A stretch of DNA of 64,000 nt from an uncultured Candidatus Saccharibacteria bacterium. Its GTDB lineage: Bacteria; Patescibacteriota; UBA1384; XYA2-FULL-43-10; 1-14-0-10-43-13. Below are positions 29,666-38,745 of the stretch, in pieces (position 1 is the first letter of the stretch; every line of letters starts with the position of its first letter). The stretch spans positions 9,126 to 73,125 of the forward strand of contig CAYILA010000004.1 of NCBI GenBank assembly GCA_964364265.1, given 5' to 3'. Both the position numbers and the translations under genes were made by a program. The notes beneath the pieces are model-generated. The model saw only the letters and a list, made by a program, of their open reading frames with translations, was not told the DNA's origin and made no database searches.

Positions 29666-30706
29666 TTACTCCGCTTTATAAAGCACATAATCAAACAAAT
29701 CATACAAGCTTCCCGACTGGCGGTCAACTTTTGCCACCAACCCTCGCCTAATTCCCATATAATATCCGTTGGCGGTAATAACATTGCCGGAGCCAAGCAT
29801 GCCCTGATCGTCGCCATCCGGAGTATACCCGATGGCAAACCTGACATCGGCCCCGATCGGTTTGATAAATATCTCCGCGTCTTTACTTAAATTCTCCGAC
29901 CCCCAAATACTGCTTTTTAGACCGAGAATAGTGTAATAGCTGTTGCCGGACATCGGATAATAATTTCCGTAGCTTTCGCGCGGCGCGCGAAGATCGATGA
30001 CATCGTTGGCGGAGTACTTGGTCTGGCAGTCGGATGAACCGTTGAAAAAAAGTTTTTTCTTCTCCCGCAAGGGATATATGTTCGCGCCGCCGGACGCGAC
30101 ATAGCTATTATTGCCCACGATTTTTATTTCCAGGACAACACATTTTGAATCGGAAAAGATGGCGCTCGAACCGCCTTCGGAACCGAGAACCGGCTTGAAA
30201 TAGAGGTCGTAAAATATATTGGTTTTGGAAAAATCCAAATCAAACTTTTTTGATTCGTCTCTTCTAATTGAAAATTCAGGAGATGTCGAGGTTGTTATAC
30301 CCTCGCTCGGACTCGCCCCTTCGCCGATAAAGCGGACTCTCGGGTTCATCCGAAGATCGTAAATCTGATCGAAAATATTGCTGACCGGCTCGTTTGCCGA
30401 GATGCCGTTGCCGGAAACACCGGTCGATATCACCGAGACTTGAGTCAGATTGTTTCTAAAAGCGTAATCATTTTTATATGAGAATTCATCGCCGTAGGGG
30501 AGATTGGCGCCTTGATTGTAGCGGTAGCGCAAGAAACCCTCCTCGATTCCCGATTCGGCCGCGTAATAGGCGTAAACGCCTTTTTCGTAGGCGTTGGCCG
30601 AACCGATTTGGAGGTAAATTAATCTTCCGATACCAAGAGCGACGCTGCCAACAGCGCTAATGATAAAAACGGCAATAATCAGGGCCGATCCCATCTGGTG
30701 CTTCAT
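29666..30706 (-). CDS. PilX-like minor pilin / pilus-associated protein
   Basis: N-terminus MKHQMGSALIIAVFIISAVGSVALGI resembles the PilX N-domain; remainder is Gly/Ser/Asn-rich and beta-rich. Confidence 0.5.
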   Translation of the reverse strand: MKHQMGSALIIAVFIISAVGSVALGIGRLIYLQIGSANAYEKGVYAYYAAESGIEEGFLRYRYNQGANLPYGDEFSYKNDYAFRNNLTQVSVISTGVSGNGISANEPVSNIFDQIYDLRMNPRVRFIGEGASPSEGITTSTSPEFSIRRDESKKFDLDFSKTNIFYDLYFKPVLGSEGGSSAIFSDSKCVVLEIKIVGNNSYVASGGANIYPLREKKKLFFNGSSDCQTKYSANDVIDLRAPRESYGNYYPMSGNSYYTILGLKSSIWGSENLSKDAEIFIKPIGADVRFAIGYTPDGDDQGMLGSGNVITANGYYMGIRRGLVAKVDRQSGSLYDLFDYVLYKAE

Positions 30707-30802
30707 AATTGCTTCTTGCCTTAATTATAACAAAATCCTGAATACAATAAAATATTTCCGAACAATTGTAGTATAATTGGTTTGACTTGAAAAAGGAGGC
30801 AA

Positions 30803-31321
30803 ATGGAATCAGAGAACAATATCTTAATAGTGTTGGCTAACAAGGATTTCCGCGACGAGGAATACAACATCCCGGAGGCGATCTATAAGGAAAATGGCAT
30901 TGGCATCAAGGTGGCGGCAGCCGACCCGAACGATTGTATCGGCACAGGCGGGACAATAATTTCTCCCGACCTAACCTTTGATCAGGTCAACGAGGATCAA
31001 TTTGACGCCATAATGTTTGTGGGAGGGTTGGGAGTCGAACGATATTTTGCCGATGAGTCGGCAATCGGCTTAGCCAAGCAATTCTATCAAGACAAAAGAA
31101 TCGTCTCGGCCATCTGTTGGGCTCCAGTGATACTGGCCAAGGCAGGGATAGTTTCCGGAAAAAGGGTTACCGGGTCGAGCGACTCGAAAAACGATTTGGT
31201 GGCGGCCGGCGGAAATTACACCGGCGCGGAAGTCGAAATCGATAGCAACATCATCACCGGCAACGGACCGGAAGCATCGGAAAAATTTGCCCAAACCGTA
31301 ACAGACGCGATTATCAAATAA
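30803..31321 (+). CDS. DJ-1/PfpI family protein
   Basis: Class I glutamine amidotransferase-like fold with a nucleophile-elbow Cys (SAICWAP). Confidence 0.8.
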   Translation: MESENNILIVLANKDFRDEEYNIPEAIYKENGIGIKVAAADPNDCIGTGGTIISPDLTFDQVNEDQFDAIMFVGGLGVERYFADESAIGLAKQFYQDKRIVSAICWAPVILAKAGIVSGKRVTGSSDSKNDLVAAGGNYTGAEVEIDSNIITGNGPEASEKFAQTVTDAIIK

Positions 31322-31370
31322 CGATTGAAAATCACTCGAGTTTGTGTTAAAATCACATGGTATTTTTTAT

Positions 31371-31447
31371 GCCGCGTTCGTCTAGTGGTCCAGGACATCG
31401 CCCTCTCACGGCGAAGATCATGGGTTCGACTCCCATACGCGGTACCA
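31371..31447 (+). tRNA. tRNA-Glu (anticodon CTC), CCA encoded
   Basis: Cloverleaf folded by hand: acceptor gccgcgt/acgcggt, anticodon loop cuCUCac, T-arm atggg-ttcgact-cccat; resembles E. coli tRNA-Glu. Confidence 0.85.
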
Positions 31448-31454
31448 AAATTAT

Positions 31455-31528
31455 TCCGAGATCGTCTAGCGGCAGGACAGCGGATTCTGGCTCCGCCAAC
31501 CTAGGTTCGAATCCTAGTCTCGGAACCA
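31455..31528 (+). tRNA. tRNA-Gln (anticodon CTG), CCA encoded
   Basis: Acceptor tccgaga/tctcgga with U1:A72, anticodon stem gcgga/tccgc with loop ttCTGgc, T-arm ctagg-ttcgaat-cctag. Confidence 0.85.
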
Positions 31529-31542
31529 TACATTCTTTACTT

Positions 31543-31661
31543 TCTAATATCCTTTGATGCAGTCTAGCGGTCCGCCTGCCCTCCGGGCAGAGCGAGATCT
31601 CGCCCGAAGGGCGGACAGGACAGCGGATTCTGGCTCCGCCAACCTAGGTTCGAATCCTAGT
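31543..31661 (+). pseudogene. tRNA-Gln duplicate with a 43-nt palindromic insertion in the D-loop and a degenerate 5' acceptor strand
   Basis: From gtctagcgg onward identical to tRNA-Gln (31455-31528) except for the insert tccgcctgccctccgggcagagcgagatctcgcccgaagggcgg at 31561-31603; 5' strand tttgatg pairs poorly. Confidence 0.4.
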
Positions 31662-31698
31662 CTCGGAACCAAAAAAAACGAATACCCTCTCGGTAGTC
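31661..31698 (+). terminator. Rho-independent terminator after the tRNA cluster
   Basis: aaaaaaaacgaatacc-ctctc-ggtagtcgtttttt. Confidence 0.75.
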
Positions 31699-31856
31699 GT
31701 TTTTTAAATGAAGAGAAACTGTTTTCGCTTATCGCTAAAGTAAATTCAATCGGGGAGCGTCAAAGTCGCCCAACATTAAAAGGATGGTCGGCCTCGGGCC
31801 AAGACTTGCTTACTAGCTAATTTGCTGATGCGCTGACTAGCTGATAAGCTAATCTT

Positions 31857-32414
31857 ATGAACACCCCGATTTTTGTCATTTCCGGACCCTCCGGATCGGG
31901 CAAGGACTCTGTCATTGCCCCCTATAAAAATAATCCGGCTTTTTCGATTTTGGTGACCTGCACCACTCGTCCTATCCGCGAGGGTGAGATCGCCGACAGG
32001 GATTACCATTTCCTGTCAGACGATGAGTTCGAAAAAGAAATCCAAAACGACCACTTTCTCGAATGGGAACCGGTTTTTAATGACAAATACGGCAGTCGGA
32101 AAAACGATCTGGAGAATTTATTAAAATTAGGCCGTCCGGTAATCGCAAAACTCGATGTCAAGGGGGCGATGAACATAAAAAAGCGCTATCCCGATGCTGC
32201 GACCGTTTTCATAATGCCGCCCGATATCAAAGACGCTGAAAAACGGCTCGAAAAGCGTTCGACCGAGAGCGAAGAAGCGATCTGCGTCCGCAAATCCCGC
32301 TATCGACTCGAGCTCGGTTACAAGGATAAATTTGATTTTGTAATCATCAACGACGATCTTAAAAAAGCGCAAGAGGAGTTTGCGTCAATAATCCAGCGCT
32401 TTATCAACATTTGA
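31857..32414 (+). CDS. gmk: Guanylate kinase
   Basis: P-loop ISGPSGSGKDS and GMP-binding region. Confidence 0.85.
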   Translation: MNTPIFVISGPSGSGKDSVIAPYKNNPAFSILVTCTTRPIREGEIADRDYHFLSDDEFEKEIQNDHFLEWEPVFNDKYGSRKNDLENLLKLGRPVIAKLDVKGAMNIKKRYPDAATVFIMPPDIKDAEKRLEKRSTESEEAICVRKSRYRLELGYKDKFDFVIINDDLKKAQEEFASIIQRFINI

Positions 32415-32445
32415 CGAAAACTATTTCCGACAGTAAGATAAACAT

Positions 32446-32871
32446 ATGAATAATACTGATAAAAATGATATGACCGTTTCCGAGCTTGCCCGGATAATGG
32501 ACAAAAAGTTTGACGGATTGACCGAGATTATGATCTCCGGTTTTGACCGTTTGGAAAAACGATCGGACGATATAGAGAGCGATGTAGAGATCATCAAATC
32601 CGATGTCGGAGTACTCAAGTCTGATGTTGGCACGCTCAAGTCTGATGTTGGCACGCTCAAGTCTGATGTTGGCACGCTCAAGTCTGATGTTGGCACGCTC
32701 AAGTCTAGTATGATAGATGTTCAATTAACTCAGAGAAAACATACTGAAACGCTTGCCGAACATTCAAAAATCCTTCACCGGATAGAAGGCGATGTAGAGA
32801 TGCTGATCGACCGCGACCTCAATCATGAAACGCGTATCGGAAGATTGGAAAAAATCGCCAAACCGATTTAA
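32446..32871 (+). CDS. Coiled-coil protein with 4 tandem 7-aa repeats (KSDVGTL) from a 21-nt DNA repeat
   Basis: caagtctgatgttggcacgct x4 at 32618-32701; heptad periodicity. Confidence 0.5.
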   Translation: MNNTDKNDMTVSELARIMDKKFDGLTEIMISGFDRLEKRSDDIESDVEIIKSDVGVLKSDVGTLKSDVGTLKSDVGTLKSDVGTLKSSMIDVQLTQRKHTETLAEHSKILHRIEGDVEMLIDRDLNHETRIGRLEKIAKPI

Positions 32872-32879
32872 TTATTGTT

Positions 32880-32925
32880 CGAGCGAGGTCGCCACGGCGA
32901 CCGAATCGAGAACTCCTCGTCCACT
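32880..32925. repeat. ttgttcgagc-hairpin-tcgagaac element (family copies at 52140-52200 and 53950-54005)
   Basis: gttcgagcgaggtcgccacggcgaccgaatcgagaac. Confidence 0.5.
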
Positions 32926-33059
32926 GTCATTTCGAGTGATCCGCCAGCTGGCGGAGAACCGAGAAATCTTCTGATTAATGTGATCAAACAAAAAAGACCC
33001 CGTCATTCGACAGGGTCCTTTTGCTTCTTCCGTATAGCTTAACAAATTAAGCAATTCGG

Positions 33060-33340
33060 GGAAGCGGCCGCCCACGGGGGGCGGCACGCTGTTCTGCTAG
33101 GTTTGAACGACGGCCCTAGCAAGCCTAAGACCAGAAGGATCAAATATTGATCACTTTGGTCTTGCCTCAATCCGGATTAGATTAAGGCAGGTGACGAGCG
33201 GGACGCGCCCCGACCCCATATAGGGGATGGCAAGCGGGGGCAATACCCACGGCGCTCCATAGAGCGTGTCCGCACTCGGAGACAAAGCTTGCTTTCGCAT
33301 GGTTCCTTGCCTCGAGGGTCCTCCTCCTGGATCAGGAGGA
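33060..33340. ncRNA. Candidate structured ncRNA of unknown class inside a 780-bp gene-free region
   Basis: Five or more consecutive stable hairpins (gccgccc-acgg-gggcggc, gctagg...cctagc, aagaccagaagg...cactttggtctt, cccc-atat-agggg, gcgctc-cata-gagcgt); no ORF; RNase P, tmRNA and SRP signature motifs not convincingly found. Confidence 0.25.
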
Positions 33341-33354
33341 GTTAGAGGAGGTAG

Positions 33355-33415
33355 TTAAATAGATTTTTCTATCTTACTACCCTCACTAACTCTCCCTAAT
33401 CTAGGGAGAGAACAT
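33355..33415. repeat. Hairpin B copy (ctccctaatctagggagag) of the DUF559-element family
   Basis: cttactaccctcactaactctccctaatctagggagag. Confidence 0.4.
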
Positions 33416-33626
33416 ATCGAGACAAAGCGACTTGGCGCGAATGTGCGCCAGATCAGCATGCTACGCGTCTATGCTTACTTGCCCCAAAGGGGACCCCTTG
33501 GGTCTTACCAGCTTACGCGCTTACAAGCTTTATTATGTTGTTAAAGAACTGATTGAACCCTGGAGGGCCCAATCCCACTCTCATCATTGATGCAGATATT
33601 ACCACATATCGCATCATTTGTCAACC

Positions 33627-33655
33627 ATAAAAATAGCCCTTTGGGGGCTATTTAT
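33627..33655 (-). terminator. Rho-independent terminator of the GT4 gene
   Basis: On the minus strand, atagcccccaaagggctat followed by ttttt. Confidence 0.7.
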
Positions 33656-33665
33656 CTTCACGCTC

Positions 33666-34793
33666 TTACTTACCTATTAGATTCGTAAAAACTGGCTCGT
33701 ACTCTCGGCTGATATCGCTCCAGAGGAACTCATTTGCCCGTTTTAGGCCATTTTTTGCATATTTTTCGTATTTTCGCTTGTCATTTAACACACTCACAAT
33801 AGCCTCGGCGAGTGCCTTCGTATCGGCCGGTTTTATGAGCTCTCCAGACTCATTATTTTCAATAATATCCTTGAGGCCGCCCACACTCGAGGCGATCACC
33901 GGAATGCCCGCCGAAAGCCCCTCCAGGGCAACGATTCCAAATGGCTCGTTTAGAGAGGGAACTATGAGTAAATCCCACTCTTTCAAGTACTTATCTGCCT
34001 CTGTTTTTCTTCCCAGCAGCTTCACCTGCCCTTCCAGCTTCAGTTTACGAATGATTGATTCCAATCGCTTACGATCCCCCCCCTCGCCGATAATCTCCAG
34101 TTTGACTGATGGGATCTTTTCCAATATCGCCGGCATTGCCTCTACTAGATATCTAAATCCTTTGCGCTCATTCAGCTGTCCGATTGCGCCGATAACCGGC
34201 TTTTGGTTAGCTTCAGTTTTAGCCTTGTCTGATATCAATTTTTCAATTCCGTTTGGAATCACCGTAGTCCGCTCCGGATCGGCCATTTTGTTCTCAACTA
34301 AATATTCCTTGACCGAATTGGAGACGGCGATAATCAGGTCGGTTTTCTGATTCAGGCGTGACAACAACATTTTTTGTAAATAATGATTGATAGGATTTCT
34401 TATTCTGTACCCATAATCAAAGATATGTTCGGTATAAATATACTTAGCCCCGTGAACTTTGAGTATCCGGCCCAGAAACCCGGCCCGCGGCCCGTGAAGA
34501 TGGATGATTACCGGTCCAAAGGGATCTTTTGACTCGGCTCTTATCTTATCGATCAATCGATGCAGGGCATAGGCGGAAATGAGATCGTATTTTGATTTAA
34601 ATTCAAGGTTTTTGATATCAAGACGGGTCAGCTTCCGCGCTTCATCATTCAAATACCCTTCGGGACAGATCAAGGTACACTCGAATGATTCTCTGTTGAT
34701 GCCGGATAGCAAACCCAGAATATGCTTCGGACCCCCGCCCAAAGCAGAATCACCGATTACCTCAATCAGTTTTATCTTCCTCTTTGTTTTCAT
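33666..34793 (-). CDS. Glycosyltransferase family 4 (GT-B fold)
   Basis: C-terminal GT1/GT4 EX7E-type motif region (EPFGIVALEGLSAGIPVIAS). Confidence 0.85.
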   Translation of the reverse strand: MKTKRKIKLIEVIGDSALGGGPKHILGLLSGINRESFECTLICPEGYLNDEARKLTRLDIKNLEFKSKYDLISAYALHRLIDKIRAESKDPFGPVIIHLHGPRAGFLGRILKVHGAKYIYTEHIFDYGYRIRNPINHYLQKMLLSRLNQKTDLIIAVSNSVKEYLVENKMADPERTTVIPNGIEKLISDKAKTEANQKPVIGAIGQLNERKGFRYLVEAMPAILEKIPSVKLEIIGEGGDRKRLESIIRKLKLEGQVKLLGRKTEADKYLKEWDLLIVPSLNEPFGIVALEGLSAGIPVIASSVGGLKDIIENNESGELIKPADTKALAEAIVSVLNDKRKYEKYAKNGLKRANEFLWSDISREYEPVFTNLIGK

Positions 34794-34796
34794 AGA

Positions 34797-36176
34797 TTAT
34801 AAGAGCTTCGCGATTGCGTAGTCGATTCTTTTCAATGATTCGGTTCGGTCGAGTGCGATTAACAGCTCGACCGGAGAAGGCGATTTTTCCTTGCCCGAAA
34901 GCGCCACGCGCACCGGCCAGAAGACATCGCCGTTCGTCATTTCGCTTCCAGCCACAGTTTCCGATAATAGATTTTGCAGCTCTTCTTCGCTCCAGACGCT
35001 GGCGGTTGCCAATTTCTGGCGGGCGACATTTAACCCTTTTTGTGTTGTTGGCGCATCTGATTTATTGAATATTAATAACTCTCTCTGATAGTCGGGCTCG
35101 GCGCGCAGTTTTTTTAGATAATCGGCAATTTCAACAAGGGTCTTGAACCCGCCCCGTTTTGCCAAGGCAATCTCCCCGTCGGTTAAATCATTGATATTCG
35201 CCGCCTCTTGCAATTCATTTTTCAACTGGCCGAAATCGCGCCCGCGGATATAGCTTTCGTTGATATGGTTTAATTTATCGATATCGAAGATAGCGGGGGA
35301 TTTATTTACATTTTCGAGCCTAAAATCGCTGATTAGCCGCTCGGCCGAGAACTCCTCGCACTCATCGCCCGGATTCCAGCCCAGAAGAGCCAAGAAATTG
35401 ACGACTGCGTCCGGCAGATACCCTATTGTCTTGTACTCGAGAACCGCTGTCGCGCCATGGCGCTTGGAAAGCTTCTTCTTGTCCGTGCCCAGAATCATCG
35501 GTAGATGGGCAAAGGCCGGCGCCTGCCAATCGAAAGCTTGATACAAGGTAATATGTTTGGGCGTGGACGAAAGCCACTCTTCGGCTCGGATCACATGGCT
35601 GATTTCCATTTCGTGATCATCGACGACAGAAGCTAGGTGGTATGTTGGAAATCCGTCTGATTTTAATATCACCGGGTCGTCCACGAGTTTGCCGTCAAAC
35701 TTGACTTTGCCTCGGATCAGATCGTCGACCACGATATCATTCGTTGGCATCTTGAGCCGGATTACACAACCCTCTTTATATTCTAAATTTTTATCGACAC
35801 AGGCACGATCATACATCGGCGCCTGTTTATTGGCGTTTTGCGTATTGCGCAAAGCCAGAAGCCGTTCTTTGGAGCATTCGCAGACATAGGCGGCGCCTTT
35901 CTCGACTAATGTAAGGGCGTGTTTTTTATAAATCTCGGTGCGCTCGGACTGAACCAGGATATCGTCGTAGTTGTCCGGCCGGATTCCCAGCCATTGAAGC
36001 GATTCTTTGATTCCGTCGACCGAGCCCTCCACATACCTCTCGCGGTCGGTGTCCTCAATCCGAAGATAGAATTGGCCATTTTCGTGCTTGGCAAAAAGAT
36101 AAGAGAATAGGGCGGTTCTGACTCCGCCGATATGAAGCTCGCCTGTGGGACTTGGAGCAAATCGTGTTCGTATCAT
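34797..36176 (-). CDS. gltX: Glutamyl-tRNA synthetase
   Basis: HIGH-class motif PSPTGELHIGG, KMSK-like KLSKR. Confidence 0.95.
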   Translation of the reverse strand: MIRTRFAPSPTGELHIGGVRTALFSYLFAKHENGQFYLRIEDTDRERYVEGSVDGIKESLQWLGIRPDNYDDILVQSERTEIYKKHALTLVEKGAAYVCECSKERLLALRNTQNANKQAPMYDRACVDKNLEYKEGCVIRLKMPTNDIVVDDLIRGKVKFDGKLVDDPVILKSDGFPTYHLASVVDDHEMEISHVIRAEEWLSSTPKHITLYQAFDWQAPAFAHLPMILGTDKKKLSKRHGATAVLEYKTIGYLPDAVVNFLALLGWNPGDECEEFSAERLISDFRLENVNKSPAIFDIDKLNHINESYIRGRDFGQLKNELQEAANINDLTDGEIALAKRGGFKTLVEIADYLKKLRAEPDYQRELLIFNKSDAPTTQKGLNVARQKLATASVWSEEELQNLLSETVAGSEMTNGDVFWPVRVALSGKEKSPSPVELLIALDRTESLKRIDYAIAKLL

Positions 36177-36223
36177 AGTTTAACAATATCAAATTATTCT
36201 ATCCCTGTCATCAAACCCCCCTT

Positions 36224-36304
36224 CTGTCATTCCGACCGAAGTGGAGGGATCTCTTTGATTCTATCACAAAGGGATTCTCACGTCGCTTCGCTCCTCAGAA
36301 TGAC
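36224..36304. repeat. PE-1 palindromic element
   Basis: ctgtcattccgaccgaagtggagggatc ... cagaatgacgc. Confidence 0.65.
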
Positions 36305-36385
36305 GCATTGAGAGAGGATATAGCGCTTACTTGCTTACTTGCCCTGAAAGGGCCCCTTTCCCAAAGGGAAGCCTTCGGCTTGGGG

Positions 36386-36766
36386 TTAATATACTGCGTT
36401 AATCAGGTGATCAATCACTTCCTGGCCCTCAAAATCGTACTCAACCCCGACAACATCAATCCTCACAGTTCTGTCTGGATATTTCTGTTCAATCGCCCGA
36501 GCCAATAATTTCAGTTTATTTTGCTTTTTATAACGCACCAACTCTTGCGCCGATCCAAAACCGGTTCCTCGCACCGATTTCACTTCGACAATTACAATTG
36601 CCTTTTTATCCTGCGCCAAAATATCAATCTCGCCGCAAAACAATTTATAGTTCCGTTTTAATATTTTATAGCCGAGGCCTTTTAAATAAATTTCCGCCTC
36701 ATTTTCCCCGGCCTCTCCCGTTTTTTTATTTCTTGTTTTATCCATAAACAAAATACCTCTTGACAA
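36386..36766 (-). CDS. yraN: YraN family (UPF0102) endonuclease-like protein
   Basis: GEIDILAQD...VIVEVK core typical of YraN. Confidence 0.75.
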   Translation of the reverse strand: MSRGILFMDKTRNKKTGEAGENEAEIYLKGLGYKILKRNYKLFCGEIDILAQDKKAIVIVEVKSVRGTGFGSAQELVRYKKQNKLKLLARAIEQKYPDRTVRIDVVGVEYDFEGQEVIDHLINAVY

Positions 36767-36923
36767 CTGCCGCGCCTTCAGGAATGCCCCCTATCGACCT
36801 GGCCAAGCCGCAATGATGGTTTGCCAATGTAAATTGTTCGGGAACCTACCCTCCATTACTCTGTAATGACTGCATTATACACTTTGTTATCAATTGCCTG
36901 CAAATTACCTGACTCTTGCGTCT

Positions 36924-37463
36924 TCACTTTTTGCGTTTTTTAGCACATTCTAAAATCATCTGCTTCGTTATAAGCACGGTCTCTGAACAATTTGCCTTCA
37001 GGGCTCTGCTAATTGATTTATCAAAACCAACATAAATTATTTTCTTGCCTGCTTTTTGAGCGTCAAGTATAGCAGGAATAATGTCTGTATCTGATGAAAC
37101 CAGAAAACACCGGCTGTATTCGTTCTTTAGCGCGCCGCGGACAATATCAATCGCAATCTGGACATCTACGCCTTTTTCGTGGTATTGCAAATGGCGCAAC
37201 ATATAGCCCTTCTTGACAACTACACCCTGTTGCTCGAGATGATAAAAGAGCGACTGCTGGTTGGCGTAAAGGGTTTGAGATTTTATATCTCTTTTATTCT
37301 GCCTAATTTCTCCAACACAATATTCAATGCTACAATTGTCTCCTCCCGCAATAAGCTTGACCAATTTTTCGTAATCAAAATCAATCAAGTGCGTCCGCAA
37401 AGATAATTGCTTAGCACCATGATAAAAGTTACTTCCATCAAAAATTACAAGATCTTTCTTCAC
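36924..37463 (-). CDS. NYN domain (LabA/DUF88-like) protein
   Basis: LVIFDGSNFYH N-terminus with SSDTD acidic motif. Confidence 0.7.
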   Translation of the reverse strand: MKKDLVIFDGSNFYHGAKQLSLRTHLIDFDYEKLVKLIAGGDNCSIEYCVGEIRQNKRDIKSQTLYANQQSLFYHLEQQGVVVKKGYMLRHLQYHEKGVDVQIAIDIVRGALKNEYSRCFLVSSDTDIIPAILDAQKAGKKIIYVGFDKSISRALKANCSETVLITKQMILECAKKRKK

Positions 37464-37489
37464 CTTTTCAGTTTACAATTTCATTGGCA

Positions 37490-37530
37490 AAAATAAAACC
37501 CCCAGCTCCTTGTGAGAACTGGGGGGATTT
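37490..37530 (-). terminator. Rho-independent terminator after rplS
   Basis: cccccagctc...gaactggggg stem with a T-run on the minus strand. Confidence 0.65.
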
Positions 37531-37731
37531 AGCATATTGACGGTGAAATCACCATCTTAATAGTATCAAAGTCGCCCATTTGTTGTCAATAGTACAAAAA
37601 TGCCCCGGCTTTTTGCTAACCAGAATATCTTGTGATATCTGGCTTCGCGCAAGCTAGGGCATTTGTTGTTTGCTTAAATGTATATTGTTCGAGCTTGCCT
37701 GCGGCAGGCAGGTTATCCGTCTTTGGTTTGG

Positions 37732-38229
37732 TTACTCCTTGACTCGGTCGCCGGCGGCAGCTTTTGCTTTTCTTTCCAGTTCCTCTTCCTCGGCTTTCTT
37801 TTTGGCTTCGGCTATCTCTGCCTCTTTCGCCTTTTCTTCGGCGATCTTAGCCAATTCTTCTTCGGCGTCTTTTTCCTCCCAAACTTTGTGGTCGCGGTTG
37901 GTTTCCTTTAGGCGGGCATTCTTGCCGGAAAGCTCGCGGATGAAGTAAAGTTTGCTCCTGCGAACCCTGGACTGTTTGATTCTTTCAATCTTAACAATTC
38001 TTGGGCTGTGAATCGGGAAGACCCGCTCAACTCCGATTCCGAACGATTCTTTTCTGACTGTAAAAGTGCCGTCAAGCGTAGTGCCGTGTCTGGCGCCAAT
38101 CACAAGACCTTCAAAGATCTGGATTCTTTCCTTGCCGCCCTCGCGGACCTTGATATGAACTTTGACCGTGTCACCGGTCGAAATCTGGGGAATATTTTTT
38201 TTATTATATTTTTCTAAAATCTTTTGCAT
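37732..38229 (-). CDS. rplS: 50S ribosomal protein L19 with a Lys/Glu/Ala-rich C-terminal extension
   Basis: L19 core over residues 1-115; the extension is encoded by low-complexity gaagc/ggc repeats. Confidence 0.9.
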   Translation of the reverse strand: MQKILEKYNKKNIPQISTGDTVKVHIKVREGGKERIQIFEGLVIGARHGTTLDGTFTVRKESFGIGVERVFPIHSPRIVKIERIKQSRVRRSKLYFIRELSGKNARLKETNRDHKVWEEKDAEEELAKIAEEKAKEAEIAEAKKKAEEEELERKAKAAAGDRVKE

Positions 38230-38231
38230 AA

Positions 38232-38380
38232 ATTTCCTAACTCCTACGAAATTACGAATCTACCGAAAGTACGAATCTTACAAATACTGCAATAGGATCT
38301 TAATCATTCGTAATATTTGTAATTTCGAGCAATTCGTAGATTGGTAGTAGCGAATCTACGAAGTAGATTCGACGTGAACA
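38232..38380. promoter_or_regulatory. PE-3 leader element upstream of rplS
   Basis: cctaactcctacgaaattacgaat ... gaatctacgaagtagattcg. Confidence 0.45.
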
Positions 38381-38637
38381 TACATTCTTTTCTGTCTGTT
38401 GCCGGAAAAACCGGTAACTCTTTTTTCCTGGAATTTGACTGTGCCGGCCGCTAACGCAAAAAGAGTGTCATCGCCCGATCGGCTGACATTTTCACCCGGA
38501 TGATATTTTGTTCCACGCTGGCGAACGATGATTCCACCGGCATTAATCTGCTGGTCTCCAAAGACCTTCACGCCCAATCTTTTGGAAACGGAATCTCGTC
38601 CTAATCTGGTACTGCCAGCCGCTTTCTTATGAGCCAT
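38356..38637 (-). CDS. rpmA: 50S ribosomal protein L27
   Basis: [24 protein letters not shown] matches the L27 N-terminus. Confidence 0.9.
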   Translation of the reverse strand: MAHKKAAGSTRLGRDSVSKRLGVKVFGDQQINAGGIIVRQRGTKYHPGENVSRSGDDTLFALAAGTVKFQEKRVTGFSGNRQKRMYVHVESTS

Positions 38638-38654
38638 TACAAACTCCGTTTGAA

Positions 38655-38745
38655 AATTCTAATATCGAATATCTAAATCCGAAACAATTTTCAAAATTCG
38701 AATTTCTAATTTGTTTCGATATTCGGATTTCGAGTTTCGTATTTA
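38655..38745. repeat. PE-2 element; also encodes the C-terminus (ETRNPNIETN) of the methyltransferase ORF
   Basis: atctaaatccgaaacaattttcaaaattcgaatttctaatttgtttcgatattcggatttcg. Confidence 0.6.

Noticed and set aside
31357-31820. ORFs 31357-31557, 31554-31820 and the minus-strand ORF 31776-32009
   Set aside because: They overlap the tRNA-Glu/tRNA-Gln cluster and its terminator. They are translated tRNA sequence.
32618-32701. Possible CRISPR array (4 x 21-nt direct repeats)
   Set aside because: The repeats are contiguous with no spacers, lie inside an ORF and encode a heptad repeat. No cas genes are nearby.
32404-32724. Minus-strand ORFs 32404-32724 and 32421-32702 (SVPTSDL repeats)
   Set aside because: They are the antisense reading of the 21-nt tandem repeat in the plus-strand coiled-coil gene.
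33060-33340. Calling this region RNase P RNA, tmRNA or SRP RNA
   Set aside because: I could not find the P4 strand (AGGAAAGUCCGGGCUCC), CR-IV/CR-V, a tmRNA tag or T-arm/CCA end, or the SRP domain IV motif. Only weak partial matches were seen, so I leave it as an unclassified candidate.
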